Positions 26,229-34,622 of a DNA stretch of 36,992 nucleotides are shown one piece after another. The notes under the pieces were generated by a model. The model was given only the letters and a program-made list of their open reading frames with translations, was not told the origin of the DNA and made no database searches. The stretch's first letter is position 1, and the number at the start of each line of letters is the position of its first letter. This DNA is from a virus, in the UHGV virus genome UHGV-0136957. The stretch is one strand, 5' to 3'. The translations under genes and the position numbers were made by a program.

Positions 26229-27620
26229 TTATCTTTTTTTTGTGCGCGAATTACCCTTATTCTTTGTTTTATGCCAAATCGGCGTTAAACCGCTAAATTC
26301 AGCAAAACCATCGCTTTCGCTTATAAAAACATTAAACCCTTGCTCTTTTAGCTTTTTAGCCCACTCTACAAAGGCTTTGTGGTCAAAACCGCTCTTATGA
26401 TAGCCAAAAGCGATATTTTGTTTTTGAGTTCGCAAGTATGGCGGGTCGGCATAAATGATAATTTCGCTTTTATCGCACCCTAGATTTTCGCAAATTTGCG
26501 TAAAATCAAAATCAGCGTAACTCTTGTTTGAAATTTCCAAATTTAAAAAAGCGGGTTGCTGTTCGAGCTGTTGGAGCTGTTCGAGCCGTTGGAGCTGTTC
26601 GAGCCGTTGGAGCTGTTCGAGCCGTTGGAGCTGTTCGAGCTGTTGGGTTTGCGAAAATGCTCTTAAATTGTTAAAAGCCATTATAGTCTCACCGCCACGC
26701 TTTTGTTTATATTTTTTAGCTGTGGCGACCAAATCAGGGCGTTTAAGGCTTATAATTTTGCATAATTTGCTATTTGAAAACTCTTTTAAAGCCCTTGCGC
26801 TAGTCTCTTGCTTAAATTCATATTTCCAATTTTTCTGCAAGCGAGCTATACACAAGGCTTCAAGTGTTATTACAAAAGAGCTAAAAAACGCTCTGCGCTC
26901 AATCCAAGAGCCAAAGTCCCCAAACATAAAATTAGTTAAAACAAATGCGCTAAATTCTCTTTCTTCGCTGTCTAAATTGTCATAATGCTTTGTAAATTCC
27001 TTATTAAAAATCTCAACACACCATTTTAAACCCTCGCCCCTTTTTTCGAATTCATCTTTTAAAAAAGGGTAAAAAATCATATTATGTCCTGCGTGTTTCC
27101 ATTGCCTAGCCCCAAAGGCGTATGATGCGTTTATGCCTTTCGCCCCAAAGCTATAAATAAAAGATTTTATGATTTCAGCGCCTTTTAAATGTTCTTTATT
27201 TTCATATTTTTCTTTTATGTTAAAAAATTCGTTTTTATCAACCCAAAAATACATTTCTTTATCAAAAATTCCCCATTCATTGCGCGGGTGAGCTATGCAG
27301 TCCTTTATATACTCAAACATTAAGCATAAATCAGTTTTAAGCTCATTGTAATACACTTTTAAGCCACTTGCCAACGCCTGAACGCTCATCGCACCGCCAC
27401 CGCCAAATAAATCAAAAAAATACTTTGCGTTTGGACTATGCTTATGTATCTCTTTTAAGAGTGCACCCGCTATTATTTCTTTGCTACCCGTATAAATCAA
27501 GCAGGTTTTAAGCCGTTTTTCGCACGGCGTCCAGCTTGAAATTTTAGCTTTTTTGCCAGAATCAAACTCACTTTTAAAAATAGGCTCATTTATAAGCATA
27601 TCATCACTAAAAAGGCTCAT
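26229..27620 (-). CDS. DNA adenine methyltransferase, Dam/D12 class (alpha architecture), with an internal LEQLQR hexapeptide repeat array
   Basis: FDLFGGGGAMS (motif I) is N-terminal and YADPPYL (motif IV) is C-terminal. WAGGK-like YTGSKEIIAG. Confidence 0.85.
   Translation of the reverse strand: MSLFSDDMLINEPIFKSEFDSGKKAKISSWTPCEKRLKTCLIYTGSKEIIAGALLKEIHKHSPNAKYFFDLFGGGGAMSVQALASGLKVYYNELKTDLCLMFEYIKDCIAHPRNEWGIFDKEMYFWVDKNEFFNIKEKYENKEHLKGAEIIKSFIYSFGAKGINASYAFGARQWKHAGHNMIFYPFLKDEFEKRGEGLKWCVEIFNKEFTKHYDNLDSEEREFSAFVLTNFMFGDFGSWIERRAFFSSFVITLEALCIARLQKNWKYEFKQETSARALKEFSNSKLCKIISLKRPDLVATAKKYKQKRGGETIMAFNNLRAFSQTQQLEQLQRLEQLQRLEQLQRLEQLQQLEQQPAFLNLEISNKSYADFDFTQICENLGCDKSEIIIYADPPYLRTQKQNIAFGYHKSGFDHKAFVEWAKKLKEQGFNVFISESDGFAEFSGLTPIWHKTKNKGNSRTKKR
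26558..26647. repeat. 18-bp in-frame tandem repeat x5 (gctgttcgagc[c/t]gttgga) inside the Dam-like methylase gene
   Basis: Read directly; encodes (LEQLQR)n on the minus strand. Confidence 0.9.
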
Positions 27621-28015
27621 AGTTTAAAATCCTTTGCGTTTTCATTAAAAGGCTCATAAATTTTAAGCTCGCGTTTAAATGAAACCTTGAAAATAAAGCC
27701 CTTGTAAGTATCCAAAAGCCACTTTAATTTTAGCTTAAATTCGGGCGTTTCGAAGCCCTTTGTATCGTGTATCACCCACACGCCTTTTTCATTATCAAAA
27801 TAGACAAAATCAGCAATATAATGCACTTTACATTTTTCGCTTTGCCCCAACTTTATGCGGACTTGCCTTTGCAAATTTGAAATTTTACCCACTTTTTCAA
27901 GCAAATTTAAATCTAAAAATTGCTGATATTCCAAACGGCTATCAAAAACACCGCTCGGCGTGTTAAGTTTAACATTTCCAAACTTGCTATAAGCCCTATT
28001 TCGCCACATTTTCAA
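27617..28015 (-). CDS. DUF1064-like PD-(D/E)XK nuclease (putative Holliday-junction resolvase)
   Basis: YIADFVYFD...VIHDTKG motif arrangement; ATGA overlap with the methylase gene. Confidence 0.45.
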   Translation of the reverse strand: MKMWRNRAYSKFGNVKLNTPSGVFDSRLEYQQFLDLNLLEKVGKISNLQRQVRIKLGQSEKCKVHYIADFVYFDNEKGVWVIHDTKGFETPEFKLKLKWLLDTYKGFIFKVSFKRELKIYEPFNENAKDFKL

Positions 28016-28029
28016 GCCTTTTTGTTTTT

Positions 28030-28710
28030 TTAAAAAACTTTTTTTCTCAAAACTGCCTTTTGCTCGGCATCAAATAAGGCTTTAATAGCCCTTAAAAATT
28101 CTTGTATTTCAAAATAACTATCAAAAATTAAAGGCAGTTTTCTAATCTCATACGCCGAACTCATACAAGCAAAATGAAAGGTGTTATCAATGTCGGTGTT
28201 ATCGTCCCATTTCACTAGTTTATCAAAATCACCCGCCATAAACCCATGCTTTAAATGAAAAAATGCGTTTTTAAATACGCCGTTTTTGCTGAACTCTTTT
28301 TGCCAAAAAACATCTGCTAGCGCGATCATGATATTGTCTCTCATAATATCTAAAAGCAAACTCGTGGCTTTTTGAAAGTCTCTCTCGCTTGAATGCACGA
28401 TTAGCGTTACTTCCAAGTCAAAGTTTAGACCGTATTCATCATTTTTGAAGCTATAAAAGCGTTTTTCTTTTGGGCTGTCGGTTGTTGAGCGCAAATTGAA
28501 AATAATGTCATCATTATCTAGCTTTAAAATCGAAAGGGCGCAGTTTTTAATTGCGCCGTCTTTGCGTCTAAATTTTGTAGTGCAAAGCTCGCAAAGTCTC
28601 TCTGCAAGGCATTTATTCCAACTAACAATTTTCACTTTCAGCCTCTCTTTTAAGCATTTCAACCTCACGGCGTATTTCGGCGTGATAATCTTTCTCATCT
28701 TGCCAATCAT
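28030..28710 (-). CDS. Hypothetical Cys-rich protein
   Basis: Track ORF. Confidence 0.4.
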   Translation of the reverse strand: MIGKMRKIITPKYAVRLKCLKERLKVKIVSWNKCLAERLCELCTTKFRRKDGAIKNCALSILKLDNDDIIFNLRSTTDSPKEKRFYSFKNDEYGLNFDLEVTLIVHSSERDFQKATSLLLDIMRDNIMIALADVFWQKEFSKNGVFKNAFFHLKHGFMAGDFDKLVKWDDNTDIDNTFHFACMSSAYEIRKLPLIFDSYFEIQEFLRAIKALFDAEQKAVLRKKVF

Positions 28711-28915
28711 CGCTAAAATAGCGAATGTAATCCTCGTTCAGCGTGCCATCACTATTATATTTTTGCGGAACATAGCTCATCTTAAACCCTTAAACGCAGA
28801 TAAAAAGCGTTAAGGCTATCGCCACAACGCTTAAAATCACTATTTTAATGTATCGTTTTCTACGCTTTTTTTGCAAAACGCTCTCATAGCTAATTATTTG
28901 CATTTCTCACCTCTT

Positions 28916-29392
28916 TTAAAACGGCGCTTCTTCGTTTTCTGTGTCATAGTTATTCAAATTATAATCCCCTTTTTGAGAATTTTTGTCACAACCATACGGA
29001 TTTCCGCTTTGCTTTGAATTTTGCACCGCTTGCGCCTTTGGCTTTTGATAAGTATTCGTAGGCTCTCCGTCCTTTTTGGGCGTTAAAATCAAAAGTTTTT
29101 CGACCGAAATTTGAGTGAAATTAACCCAAGTTCCGTCCTGTTTTTGATAGCTATCCACGCCTAACTGCCCGCGAATACTCACCATAACGCCTTTTTCTAG
29201 CCTTTCTAACGCCCTTTCGGCTGTTTTGCCAAAGCAGATGCAATTAACAAAACAACTTTTATAAGTTCCATCGTTTTGCTTTTGCGTGCTTTGATAAGCC
29301 ACACTAAACCCAACCGCAAGGCAACTTTTAATTTTTTCGTTTGTCTCGGCGGGTTTTGAGACCCGCCCAAACAAATTCACATCACAAAACAT
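28916..29392 (-). CDS. ssb: Single-stranded DNA-binding protein
   Basis: OB-fold-like N-terminus, a Gln/Asn-rich linker, and an acidic C-terminal tail ...ENEEAPF (compare the canonical DDDIPF tail). Confidence 0.75.
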   Translation of the reverse strand: MFCDVNLFGRVSKPAETNEKIKSCLAVGFSVAYQSTQKQNDGTYKSCFVNCICFGKTAERALERLEKGVMVSIRGQLGVDSYQKQDGTWVNFTQISVEKLLILTPKKDGEPTNTYQKPKAQAVQNSKQSGNPYGCDKNSQKGDYNLNNYDTENEEAPF

Positions 29393-29421
29393 TTTAAGCC
29401 TCCCTTTTAAATTTCGTACAA

Positions 29422-29450
29422 ATTATAACATAAAAAATTTTTTATGTCAA
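29422..29450 (-). promoter_or_regulatory. Early promoter TTGACA-17-TATAAT upstream of ssb
   Basis: Minus-sense cTTGACAtaaaaaattttttatgtTATAATttgtacg...AAAGGGAGGcttaaaATG. Confidence 0.6.
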
Positions 29451-29494
29451 GTTTTTTTAAGAAAATTTTTAAAAAATTTTCATTTTTTTATAAA

Positions 29495-29851
29495 CTAGCT
29501 TTCTCCTTGACCCAAAGACTTATCTTTGTGAGGTTGCATTATCGTTCTCGCTTTGCGGTTCTCATAGTATCGAGCGTTGTTTGTTTTTTGTGATTTTTTG
29601 CCCCAAAAATCAGTTTTGATTTTCAAAAATTTTTCATTTTGGAAATTCTCATCATTTTGTAAAAAATTCACAATATCATCGCTCAAATTCAAAAACGCTC
29701 TATACAAGAAAACCGAACTAGGGTTGATTTTTTTGTCCTTGCGCTTACGATTTGTTAAGCTAGCGATTGTTTTGGGGCTAAATCCCCCTATTTTACCAGC
29801 TTGGGCGTATGTGCGTGGGTGTTCCCTTAAAAAAAACTTAAAATTTTGCAT
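29495..29851 (-). CDS. Small basic protein with a possible HTH (putative regulator)
   Basis: RTYAQAGKIGGFSPKTIASL is HTH-like. Weak. Confidence 0.3.
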   Translation of the reverse strand: MQNFKFFLREHPRTYAQAGKIGGFSPKTIASLTNRKRKDKKINPSSVFLYRAFLNLSDDIVNFLQNDENFQNEKFLKIKTDFWGKKSQKTNNARYYENRKARTIMQPHKDKSLGQGES

Positions 29852-29867
29852 TTTAACTCCTTAAAAT

Positions 29868-30701
29868 TTACTCATAAAACGCGAAACTAGGCAAAGAAAT
29901 CGTTTGAATAGCATTATTTTCAAACTCTTTGTCAAGCCACACATTTTTTTGATATTTTTCTTTGTGAGAAATAATCTCAAAAGCCTCATCGATTTTCTTT
30001 CGCGCAAAGTCCAAAGCTACCATATCCAGCTGATACAATCCAACCATATACGGATATTTTTTTTCAACAGCTACAAAAGTAAAGCTGCGAGCGTTTATCA
30101 AATCAGTGTAAAAGGCGGCTTGAATGTGATACCCAAAATTAGCCACAGCCTTGATAAAATCAGCTTTTTTTGAGCTTTGCACGAATTTTAAATCCACAAT
30201 GTTTAGCTCATCATCTAAAAAATCAAAGCGAGCCTTACAAAAATGGCTATTTTCGCCACTTTGTAAATCGCCGAGCCACACAGCTTCCTTGTAGCCGTTA
30301 TCAAAAAACGCCTTAAAGACATCGCCGTTAATTTCTAAAATCGCTTGCGTTTCAGCCCAAAGTGTGCCATCAATTAGCGTTTTTCCGTCCTTGTCGGCTT
30401 GTTCTTTAAGAGCCTTATGCTCTTTATTTCGCAAGTCGATTTTATCAATATCCTTTAAAATTTGATATTTCTTATCGATTTCATCGGGTGAAAGTATAAA
30501 ATCATGCATTAAAGAGCCAAAGTCCAACGCCTTGCTTTCTGCGCGGGGTTTTTCAACCCCAGCACAATAGAAAAACGGATTTTCTAAAATTTCTTTGATG
30601 GTGCTTTGATTTAAAGCATCGATTTGTCGATATTCATCAAAGCTCATATCAGTTATGATTTGATTTTTGGGGTATTTGTTAAACACTTTCAACCTCCCCA
30701 T
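29868..30701 (-). CDS. YqaJ/lambda-Exo-like PD-(D/E)XK recombination exonuclease
   Basis: Motifs ...DGTLWAE..., D...VDLKFV; position next to the annealase. Confidence 0.55.
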   Translation of the reverse strand: MGRLKVFNKYPKNQIITDMSFDEYRQIDALNQSTIKEILENPFFYCAGVEKPRAESKALDFGSLMHDFILSPDEIDKKYQILKDIDKIDLRNKEHKALKEQADKDGKTLIDGTLWAETQAILEINGDVFKAFFDNGYKEAVWLGDLQSGENSHFCKARFDFLDDELNIVDLKFVQSSKKADFIKAVANFGYHIQAAFYTDLINARSFTFVAVEKKYPYMVGLYQLDMVALDFARKKIDEAFEIISHKEKYQKNVWLDKEFENNAIQTISLPSFAFYE

Positions 30702-31353
30702 TTTGTGATAAAAATTCAGCCAACAAATCCATTAAATCAGCTTTTAAAGCTGTTAAGGCTTCCGCGTTGTCCTTATCAACGCCCGACCACTCAATGAAAA
30801 TCGGTATTTGCTCTTTTTGTAACCCTTTTTTAAGCGCGATTTCCGCTATTTCTTTTTTCAAAGCCACTAATTTAAGCGCATCAGCCGACTTTGCAGAGAC
30901 CACCGACAGCTTATTGTTTGGGTTCGCTGGGGCTTGATAACCTATATCGTCTATATCGCGGTTGTCATCAAGCAAAAACAGCCCACAAAGCGCATTTTTG
31001 CGGGCATAAGAGCTAGTAGAGCCGCTCAATTGCGCCCCCTTAATATAGCCCGTTGTATCCTCCAACGCCAAAGCTGTGGCGGTTTGTGTATTGCCGAATT
31101 CATCAAAAAGCGTGGCTGTGGCTTTAATATAGTTTTTAGAGCCAACTTCCACTACATCATCACTCAACGCAAAGCCCAAACCTTGCTCTTTAAGCAAAGG
31201 TTTAAGTTTTTCTAAAATATCCTCTAACGAGCGATATTTGTAATTTAGCTTTTTATCCTTGCCCCCCTTGTCCTTTGGGACTTTAAGAGCCACCTGCACC
31301 GCTGAAAGTCTGTCAATAAAAGACTTTCGATTTTCAAAATTTAATGTTTCCAT
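30679..31353 (-). CDS. ERF-family single-strand annealing protein
   Basis: N-terminal region LSAVQVALKVPKDKGGKDKKLNYKYRSLEDILEKLKPLLKEQGL matches the ERF pattern; it is paired with an exonuclease and an SSB. Confidence 0.6.
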   Translation of the reverse strand: METLNFENRKSFIDRLSAVQVALKVPKDKGGKDKKLNYKYRSLEDILEKLKPLLKEQGLGFALSDDVVEVGSKNYIKATATLFDEFGNTQTATALALEDTTGYIKGAQLSGSTSSYARKNALCGLFLLDDNRDIDDIGYQAPANPNNKLSVVSAKSADALKLVALKKEIAEIALKKGLQKEQIPIFIEWSGVDKDNAEALTALKADLMDLLAEFLSQNGEVESV

Positions 31354-31373
31354 TTTTTCCTCCTGTTTTTTTG

Positions 31374-31402
31374 AATTTTTAAAATTTTACCTTAAAAAAG
31401 TA
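31374..31402 (-). promoter_or_regulatory. Early promoter TTGACA-17-TAAAAT, sharing an upstream block with the promoter at 29422-29450
   Basis: Minus-sense cTTGACAtttttacttttttaaggTAAAATttt, then an AGGAGG RBS and the ATG at 31353. Confidence 0.55.
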
Positions 31403-31408
31403 AAAATG

Positions 31409-31810
31409 TCAAGTTTTTTTAAGAAAAATTGAAAAATCTTTTTCAAATTTTGATTTATGATTTTTCAAAATGTCTAACGCTTTTTGATAAATACTCTCAA
31501 CAAACTGCAAACGAGTAATTTTTGCTTTTTTGTAGTTTTTAGCGAATTTATCTCTTTCGCTTTGGTTTTTCTCACAAAAAACCAAAATTCTTTCGATTTG
31601 AGAAAGACTTATCACTAAAAAATCCTGCGTTTTTTCGCAATTTCTCAACTTTGTGCCTTTTGTAAAAATAAAAGGCTGTTTTAGTCTCTTTTTAGACAAA
31701 ATAATGCCTGTGTCTTGCAAAATTTGATAAAAAAGCGACTTGCGCTCTAAAATCAAATTTGACAATATAAATTCATCATCATTTAGTGCATCTTTCTCAC
31801 ACTTAATCAT
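31409..31810 (-). CDS. Hypothetical protein
   Basis: Track ORF trimmed to MIKCEKD, whose ATG overlaps the upstream stop (ATGATTAA coupling). Confidence 0.4.
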   Translation of the reverse strand: MIKCEKDALNDDEFILSNLILERKSLFYQILQDTGIILSKKRLKQPFIFTKGTKLRNCEKTQDFLVISLSQIERILVFCEKNQSERDKFAKNYKKAKITRLQFVESIYQKALDILKNHKSKFEKDFSIFLKKT

Positions 31811-32657
31811 TTTCGCCCCCTTGTAAAAATTTTTCGATTTTCTCACTTAAATATATCTGCCCTTTGCCCGTGATGAGCGTTTGCGTGTATGTATTTAAGC
31901 CCTTTTGCGTGGCATAAGTCCCCTCTTTCAACTCAAAAAGCCCTAAATTTAGATATTTCTGATAAGGCTGATTAAACGCATTTAAAAAAGAGTTTTCGCG
32001 CAAATAGGCAAATAATTTTTTTTCGCCAAAGTCCTTTATACCCAAAATTTTCGCAAATTCATTAACGCTGATTGAATTCACACTATGCGCTACATTTTCG
32101 GCAAATTCTACCAAAGGCGCATTTTTTTGGGCTTGCGCTAAAAGTCGCTCATTTTCAAGGGCGAGCCGCCCAGCTTCAAGTAAAGCCTCAGCGTAAGTTT
32201 TGGGTATAGCGTGCGTTTGCACTTCATATTTGCCTATTTTTCTTATGCTAGGTAAAACCTCATCGCAAACCCAACGCCTAAAAGGTTTTGCTTTGGGCGA
32301 TTTTGAACGCATTAAAATAAAATACAATTCATTTTCTCTTAACATTGTAAAATTTTTAATACCGAAACCCGTGTCAAAACTGGCGGAATTTAATTCCCCT
32401 AGCTCAAACTCTGCTTTTATAGCGTTTGCTACCTTATTGACACTATCCAAATTTAAAATTTTACAAATATCTGCAAGACAAAAAAGCGGATTTTCGCTAT
32501 CGCCCAGCACTCGCACTTTGCCAAAGTCTGCATTTTCAAAGCACTTTAAAGCACTTTGCGCCGTTTCGCATGTTTCAGTTGGTAAATTTTCCTTGCTAAC
32601 TAAAATTCCCTTACCCATACTATCAAAAAGCGTAGGTTCATTATTGAAATTTTCCAT
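31803..32657 (-). CDS. Phage antirepressor (BRO-N domain plus KilA-C/ANT C-terminal domain)
   Basis: BRO-N-like block FGKVRVLGDSENPLFCLADICKILNL; C-terminal block TYAEALLEAGRLALENERL...EFAKILGI. The start is moved to the internal ATG (MENFNNEP), which has an AAAGGAG RBS. Confidence 0.65.
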   Translation of the reverse strand: MENFNNEPTLFDSMGKGILVSKENLPTETCETAQSALKCFENADFGKVRVLGDSENPLFCLADICKILNLDSVNKVANAIKAEFELGELNSASFDTGFGIKNFTMLRENELYFILMRSKSPKAKPFRRWVCDEVLPSIRKIGKYEVQTHAIPKTYAEALLEAGRLALENERLLAQAQKNAPLVEFAENVAHSVNSISVNEFAKILGIKDFGEKKLFAYLRENSFLNAFNQPYQKYLNLGLFELKEGTYATQKGLNTYTQTLITGKGQIYLSEKIEKFLQGGEND

Positions 32658-32677
32658 TTCGTCTCCTTTTTCATAAA

Positions 32678-33055
32678 TCATTTTAAGCCTTTCAAGCGAG
32701 CCAGCCTATCACATTTTTTTTTAAAATAGCGCAAATTTTGCTCTTTACTTTTTAAAAGCTCTAAAACATAGACTTTTGCTTTGTCTTTGTCTTTGATTTT
32801 GGCTATTTTTCGTGCTGTTTTTTGCATAAAATCACTATAAACGCCTCTTTCGTGCGGGTATTCGTAAATATCACTCATCACTAAAAGCGCAAAGCTCTCT
32901 TCACCCTCGTGTATGTAGCCCAACGCAAGCACCGCTAACAGCTCGTTTTGCGCTTGATGAATTTCATACAAACACTCATTCATCGACTGCTTTGGGTTGA
33001 AACCTACGCCAAACGCAAGAGATACCGCAAAAATCAAAATCAACGCTTTAAACAT
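32678..33055 (-). CDS. Secreted or periplasmic hypothetical protein with an N-terminal signal peptide (moron-like)
   Basis: N-terminus MFKALILIFAVSLAFGVGF is hydrophobic, with an Ala/Gly cleavage-like site. Confidence 0.45.
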   Translation of the reverse strand: MFKALILIFAVSLAFGVGFNPKQSMNECLYEIHQAQNELLAVLALGYIHEGEESFALLVMSDIYEYPHERGVYSDFMQKTARKIAKIKDKDKAKVYVLELLKSKEQNLRYFKKKCDRLARLKGLK

Positions 33056-33389
33056 TTAAGCTCCTTTCGATTTCTGCTATCTCTTTGCGTAGCTCCGCAA
33101 GCCTTTGCAACTTAAATTCCTTGTTTTTAAGCTCGCAAATTTCGTTTTCAAGCCTTGTTAATTCAAGCTCAAAGTCATTTTTCAGCTTTGAAATTTCCAA
33201 GTCCGCGCTTTCGCATTGAGAGCGTATTTGTTGCAAGCACTTTAACGCTTGAAAGCTAGCCTCAGTTTCGATTTTTCCAAAGCGCAAAATCAAACCAAGC
33301 TCGCGCCTTATGCACGAAAGCGTGATTTGAATTTCGCTCATACTACTTAAAAATCGCTCTTTCATTTCACACCTTAACAAAAATTTCAT
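33048..33389 (-). CDS. Hypothetical coiled-coil protein
   Basis: Track ORF; heptad-like KLQRLAELRKEIAEIERSL. Confidence 0.4.
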   Translation of the reverse strand: MKFLLRCEMKERFLSSMSEIQITLSCIRRELGLILRFGKIETEASFQALKCLQQIRSQCESADLEISKLKNDFELELTRLENEICELKNKEFKLQRLAELRKEIAEIERSLNV

Positions 33390-33480
33390 TTGTAGAAAAT
33401 GCGAGAATTATCGCGTTTCCCAAGTCTCAACAAAAGTTTCATTTGTAGAAAATGCGCGAATTATCGCGTTTTCCAAGCTA
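33376..33480. repeat. 52-bp tandem duplication (2 copies, about 90% identical) spanning the 3' end of gene 33408..33701 and the start of gene 33048..33389
   Basis: Copy 1 is 33376-33427 and copy 2 is 33429-33480 (aacaaaa[a/g]tttcatttgtagaaaatgcg[a/c]gaattatcgcgttt[c/t]ccaag...). Confidence 0.85.
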
Positions 33481-33701
33481 TCGCCACTTTCGCTTTTAAT
33501 TTTAATGTTTAAAAATTCGCCATTTTCAAACACAAATTCAACTCTGCCCGAGATTTTATCAAAATTAACGCGCTCAACGCTTTTAAAGACCGTTAAAATC
33601 TCGTTTTTTCGCTTTATGATAAACATTTTGCACATCCTATTTTCAAGGCGTAGCGCGTTTTTTTGTTCGCGCTCGCGCGTAGTGCGGGTAAAAATACCCA
33701 A
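33408..33701 (-). CDS. Hypothetical protein
   Basis: Track ORF; its 3' end lies within a 52-bp tandem duplication. Confidence 0.4.
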   Translation of the reverse strand: MGIFTRTTREREQKNALRLENRMCKMFIIKRKNEILTVFKSVERVNFDKISGRVEFVFENGEFLNIKIKSESGDSLENAIIRAFSTNETFVETWETR

Positions 33702-33807
33702 CTTTGAATTTTGTTAATTTGGATTTTTTTACCAAAAAAACAAAACTCACACACTTTTTGAATTCTCTTTAAGTGGAGTTTAAGCCCTTTGTGCTGTATA
33801 ATCATCG

Positions 33808-34206
33808 CTAAATCCCTTTTGCAAATGTAAGCGTGGGCGCAAAACTTGCGCTAAAAAACTCACTTAAAAAGCTGTCTTTACGCTCATTTTCGGCTCTCGC
33901 AAACTCATCGCAAATTTGCGTGATTTTAAGCGCGTATAAATCCAAAAACGCGCCCAACTCTTGCCAACTCAATCCGCAAGGGCTAAAAATCCCTATTTGA
34001 AACGCTTGCCCTTGTTTTTCAAAAGAAAATAGTTTTTGCGTTTTTCGGCAAGTCAAAAGCCCGTTTTTTTCCAAAGGGCAAAGCATAAAATCAATTTTAA
34101 TCTGACCTTTATACCCAAAGCTCGCGCTTACTTCAAATTCGGCGACTTGCGGGGCTTTGTTGAGTATAGACCCCAATCTATTTTCAAGGTGCGTTAAATT
34201 CATCAT
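33808..34206 (-). CDS. Hypothetical protein
   Basis: Track ORF with consistent strand and spacing. Confidence 0.4.
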   Translation of the reverse strand: MMNLTHLENRLGSILNKAPQVAEFEVSASFGYKGQIKIDFMLCPLEKNGLLTCRKTQKLFSFEKQGQAFQIGIFSPCGLSWQELGAFLDLYALKITQICDEFARAENERKDSFLSEFFSASFAPTLTFAKGI

Positions 34207-34215
34207 ACACCCCCT

Positions 34216-34494
34216 TTAAGCCGCTTTGTAAGCTCTAAAATAGAGCTTCGCGCAGTGTTCGCGTATTAAGCGGTGAGCTATATTAACGCTCTCGCTAGCG
34301 TTTAATTTAAATCTGCTGTCCGCAAATTCGCCAAACGCAAGGTTTAAAAACCCAGCTTTTGAAAACGCACCATTTTTAATAAAGTGCGCAACGCTTTTGA
34401 TATGCTCGAAAAAATCCGAGCATTCTTTAATCTCAGCTTTTGTTAAGCCAGCCTTTGCGATTATTTCGCTTTTAATCGTGTTTTGAGTTTTCAT
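34216..34494 (-). CDS. Small hypothetical protein (92 aa), first gene behind an early promoter
   Basis: Track ORF 34216..34554 trimmed to the internal ATG (MKTQNTIKSE...), which has a perfect GGAGG RBS. Confidence 0.45.
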   Translation of the reverse strand: MKTQNTIKSEIIAKAGLTKAEIKECSDFFEHIKSVAHFIKNGAFSKAGFLNLAFGEFADSRFKLNASESVNIAHRLIREHCAKLYFRAYKAA

Positions 34495-34525
34495 AATTTC
34501 CTCCTTACTCAAAAAACTTGCGAAA

Positions 34526-34554
34526 ATTATAACAAAAAAAAGTTTTTTTGTCAA
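34526..34554 (-). promoter_or_regulatory. Consensus sigma70-type early promoter TTGACA-17-TATAAT
   Basis: Minus-sense cTTGACAaaaaaacttttttttgtTATAATtttcgcaag...AAGGAGgaaattATG. Confidence 0.6.
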
Positions 34555-34622
34555 GTGTTTTTTAGATAAATTTTTGAATTTTTTTGCAAATTTTTTAAAA
34601 ATGCCTTAAAAATAGGGCTTTG

